DNA of 55,791 nt, filler included, from Dimargaris cristalligena (Eukaryota), in NCBI GenBank assembly GCA_003614675.1. It is 4 parts of 4 records of this genome, joined end to end, with 100 filler letters (N's around TTAATTAATTAA, not from the genome) between each part and the next. Parts side by side here need not be neighbours in the genome. Positions count along the whole stretch, not along the records: positions 41,962 to 55,791 come from ML002975.1; 3 more parts are not named here. One strand, written 5' to 3'. How positions within the stretch are numbered: the stretch's first letter is position 1; every line of letters begins with the position of its first letter. The notes beneath the pieces are model-generated. The model searched no databases and had not been told where the DNA came from. It saw only the letters and a program-made list of their open reading frames with translations. Below are positions 53,423 to 55,791 of this stretch, piece by piece. A program made the translations under genes and the position numbers.

Positions 53423-53980
53423 GGCCAAGTGGAGGAAATAAACAATAGGGCGAATTGTATCAAGGTAGGGAATGCGTTGTAATAAGGTTTAGGAATAAAT
53501 ACAAATGCGAATGGGGTAGCTGACACCCAGACTAACGAATGAGTGGGGGTGGATGGGCTGGTGGGCGTTGGGTGGAAATGTATATTCAGGAAAGGCCAAG
53601 CAGGATAAACAGCGATTCTATAGGAGTAAGTGAATTGTCAAGGCCAGCCCATCCAGCAAGCTTACAGTGGAGGTGGAAATACTAGACAGACTATTCCAAA
53701 GCCCCCCCCCCCCCGAGTCTCCTGTGGACTATACCTCACAGTGAAATTACTATCATAGTTAGGCCGGGATATATTGGCAATAATTCCCAATGATATCCCT
53801 TTCCCCCACTTAATGCTGATTTATGATTGAGGTTACCTTGGTACTGCCCGGATAAGGTTCATTAGCCAAGCATATTGGCCAGGGGGGCTCATTAAAGGAA
53901 CTGTGTTAATCATTTGTACTCCTTTCGGTGCCCCCATAGTTCTCCCTCCGTTTTTGGTCACAAAATGAGGTTAGAACCAC

Positions 53981-54171
53981 GTGGAAAGGAAAACTAAGAC
54001 AACCATAAAATCCTTTGGATGTGGTGTTAATGATAAATCAGATGGTAGCATTGTTTTAGCCGCTAGTAAAACCTGCCGCATCCAATTGGTCTTTCGCTGT
54101 ACAGTAAGTACACATGCCCAATTAAACGGAGGGCTTACACCACTGCATATATCAGCTAAATATAGATATTT
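53981..54171 (+). pseudogene. Possible degenerate ankyrin-repeat fragment
   Basis: GCGVNDKSDGSIVLAA and NGGLTPLHISAKY resemble the ankyrin consensus (G.TPLH.A). Followed by a GTAAGT donor. Confidence 0.35.
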
Positions 54172-54242
54172 GGTAAGTCAACGGCCGAGCGATTAAAGTC
54201 GGGAAACTCTACTTCTATATAATGTTTCAATAATTTAGAAAC

Positions 54243-55707
54243 CAACCATGTTGGCGTTTCAAAGCCTCTTATAACCACCAAGACGACTAATGAAACCACC
54301 CACTTCCGACAGTTAACCCAAGAGGCCATCCCGTCGTTGCAGAGTTGGCGGCCTGAGGGTACATTGGTGGCCTTCTTTAAGGATCACACGGCGGCCATCA
54401 AAGACATTAGTTTATCCACCAGCCAGGCTCTGTTCGCCACTGCCAGCGATGATATGAAGGTCTAAGTGTGGGACTGCCTGCGGTTGGAAAAACACGTCCT
54501 CCACCGGGCCCGGTCTAGCTACTATCTGGACGCCCGCGTGCAGAGTTTGACTTTCCTACAGGGAATGTATAGCCTGGCGGCGACTGGTGATGACGGGAGT
54601 ATCCATTTGCTCCGGATCGGTTCGCATGCGGAGGTGTGCCCTTTGAACGGCAAATTCCTCCGTACCGCGGGTAGTCACCGTAAACTACGGTACTGGGACT
54701 TGGGATGTATCGAGGAATCCTATGTGATTAGCGGTGGTGGAGGAGGGGGGGGAATGGGCATGCATATGGATATGGTTATGTATATGGGGCTACAACTACG
54801 GGAGTATCTGGGAATGGTCATTATTTGCCGAATGATGGCGGACTCTGTTTTTACGAAGCCTACAAAATGGGCCTTACACGATTTTATATGGAAGCTCGCC
54901 TTTCCTTGGAAGCCATCGCACCACCCCTGTCATCGGCCCTTTTGGCCGCTTCCTCATCGTCGATTACCTCCACTGTGGCGGGAGCCCCTCGCCTGGGATC
55001 CCGACCCACCGTCTGTCCTCCAGTTTCATGAAACTTCTTGCTACGGGAATGGCCCTGGGTGGAGGAGGAAGTGGGGGTGGGGGTGGCTCATCGGCGCTTG
55101 CTGCTATAGCTGCGACGAAAAAACTCCGTCTGCGGCCACGACCGCGCCTGGCGTTTGCGGACCATGAATATTGTATTACTACACTGCAGCTGGCTGAAAA
55201 TCCTTACCCCATGATCATCTGCGGGACTCGGAATGGGGTCATTCGGATTTTCATGTAATCATAGGCGGTTATTATTATTATTATTTTGGTGAGTGTGTAT
55301 GAATAGAAGTATTAAACCGAGTTTTTATCCAAATTTCACTTTGCTATATCATAAGCGATGAGGAGGAAGACCGCCCCATTCAATTAGACACCCTTTTACC
55401 TCTATATACATATCTATATATTTGTTTGGTTTGGTTGGCCGACTGTGGGTATCATATTAGAAATGTTCAGCCCTGCTGTATAATTGAAAAGCGGCTTGAC
55501 GGGTTAGCTGCAAATGATTCAAAATAAATAAATGCTTGGAACTCCCGAGAATATTTACATATTGCCAACCGAAGTCGAATGCATTAATCCCGGGGATCTA
55601 GAGATCGAGAGGTTGATTTTAGGGCCTGGTTTGTCACTCTTTAAAGTGGTGTGGTTTCATTAGTCGTCTTGGTGGTTATAAGAGGCTTTGAAACGCCAAC
55701 ATGGTTG
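54243..55707. repeat. Perfect 57-bp inverted repeat pair (54243-54299 and 55651-55707)
   Basis: CAACCATGTTGGCGTTTCAAAGCCTCTTATAACCACCAAGACGACTAATGAAACCAC and its exact reverse complement. Confidence 0.93.
54314..55258 (+). pseudogene. VPS15: VPS15 (PI3K regulatory subunit) C-terminal WD40 fragment, disabled
   Basis: WRPEGTLVASFKDH, FATASDDMKV*VWDCLRLEK, TAGSHRKLRYWDL and DHEYCITTL...PMIICGTRNGVIRIF*. Stop at 54463-54465, frameshifts, middle WD repeats missing, no kinase/HEAT part. Confidence 0.8.
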
Positions 55708-55709
55708 AA

Positions 55710-55787
55710 CTATTAACAGTAGATACCAATGGTATTTCTTCGAACATGACCAGAAGCCCAGTCTATATCGCCAACTCTCGCTTATCC
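55710..55787 (+). pseudogene. Diverged copy of part of PEX16 exon 3 (source 48553-48627)
   Basis: GGTATTTCTTCGAACATG(A/G)CCAGAAGCCCAGTCTATATCGCCAACTCTC(G/A)CTTATCC is shared. About 5 substitutions and a 3-nt insertion. Confidence 0.88.
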
Positions 55788-55791
55788 CCCC

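Overview
This is eukaryotic, fungal-type DNA with GT-AG introns and CTAAC/CTAAT branch points. It is not one locus. Four contigs of similar, decreasing length (1-13913, 14014-27921, 28022-41861, 41962-55791) are joined by artificial 100-nt N44-TTAATTAATTAA-N44 spacers. Fungal markers (NCE101, CRT10-like, delta-12 desaturase) together with SMG9 and an AltMIEF1-like LYR protein suggest an early-diverging (non-Dikarya) fungus; this is inference. Most genes are housekeeping: glucosidase II beta, RPB3, an LYR protein, PPIL4/Rct1, a Ppn2-like phosphoesterase, LSM6, NCE101, FAD2, SMG9, GPATCH1, MED7, PRE6, Nup42/Amo1, a partial acyl-CoA ligase, PEX16 and a CRT10-like gene. Five signals stand out. (1) Repeats show a RIP-like one-way C-to-T mutation pattern at both CpG and CpA, in a DD34D mariner relic with no CpG and in LTR copies. 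(2) A small signal peptide + KR-cleaved precursor would release a cationic Gly-rich peptide. (3) The window end is a mosaic of copied gene fragments (ankyrin-like, VPS15, PEX16) around a perfect 57-bp inverted repeat. (4) There is a stand-alone fungal homologue of the human MIEF1 uORF microprotein. (5) A palindrome-ended repeat is joined twice to the same LTR family. All exon structures and alignments were worked out by eye; no searches were run.
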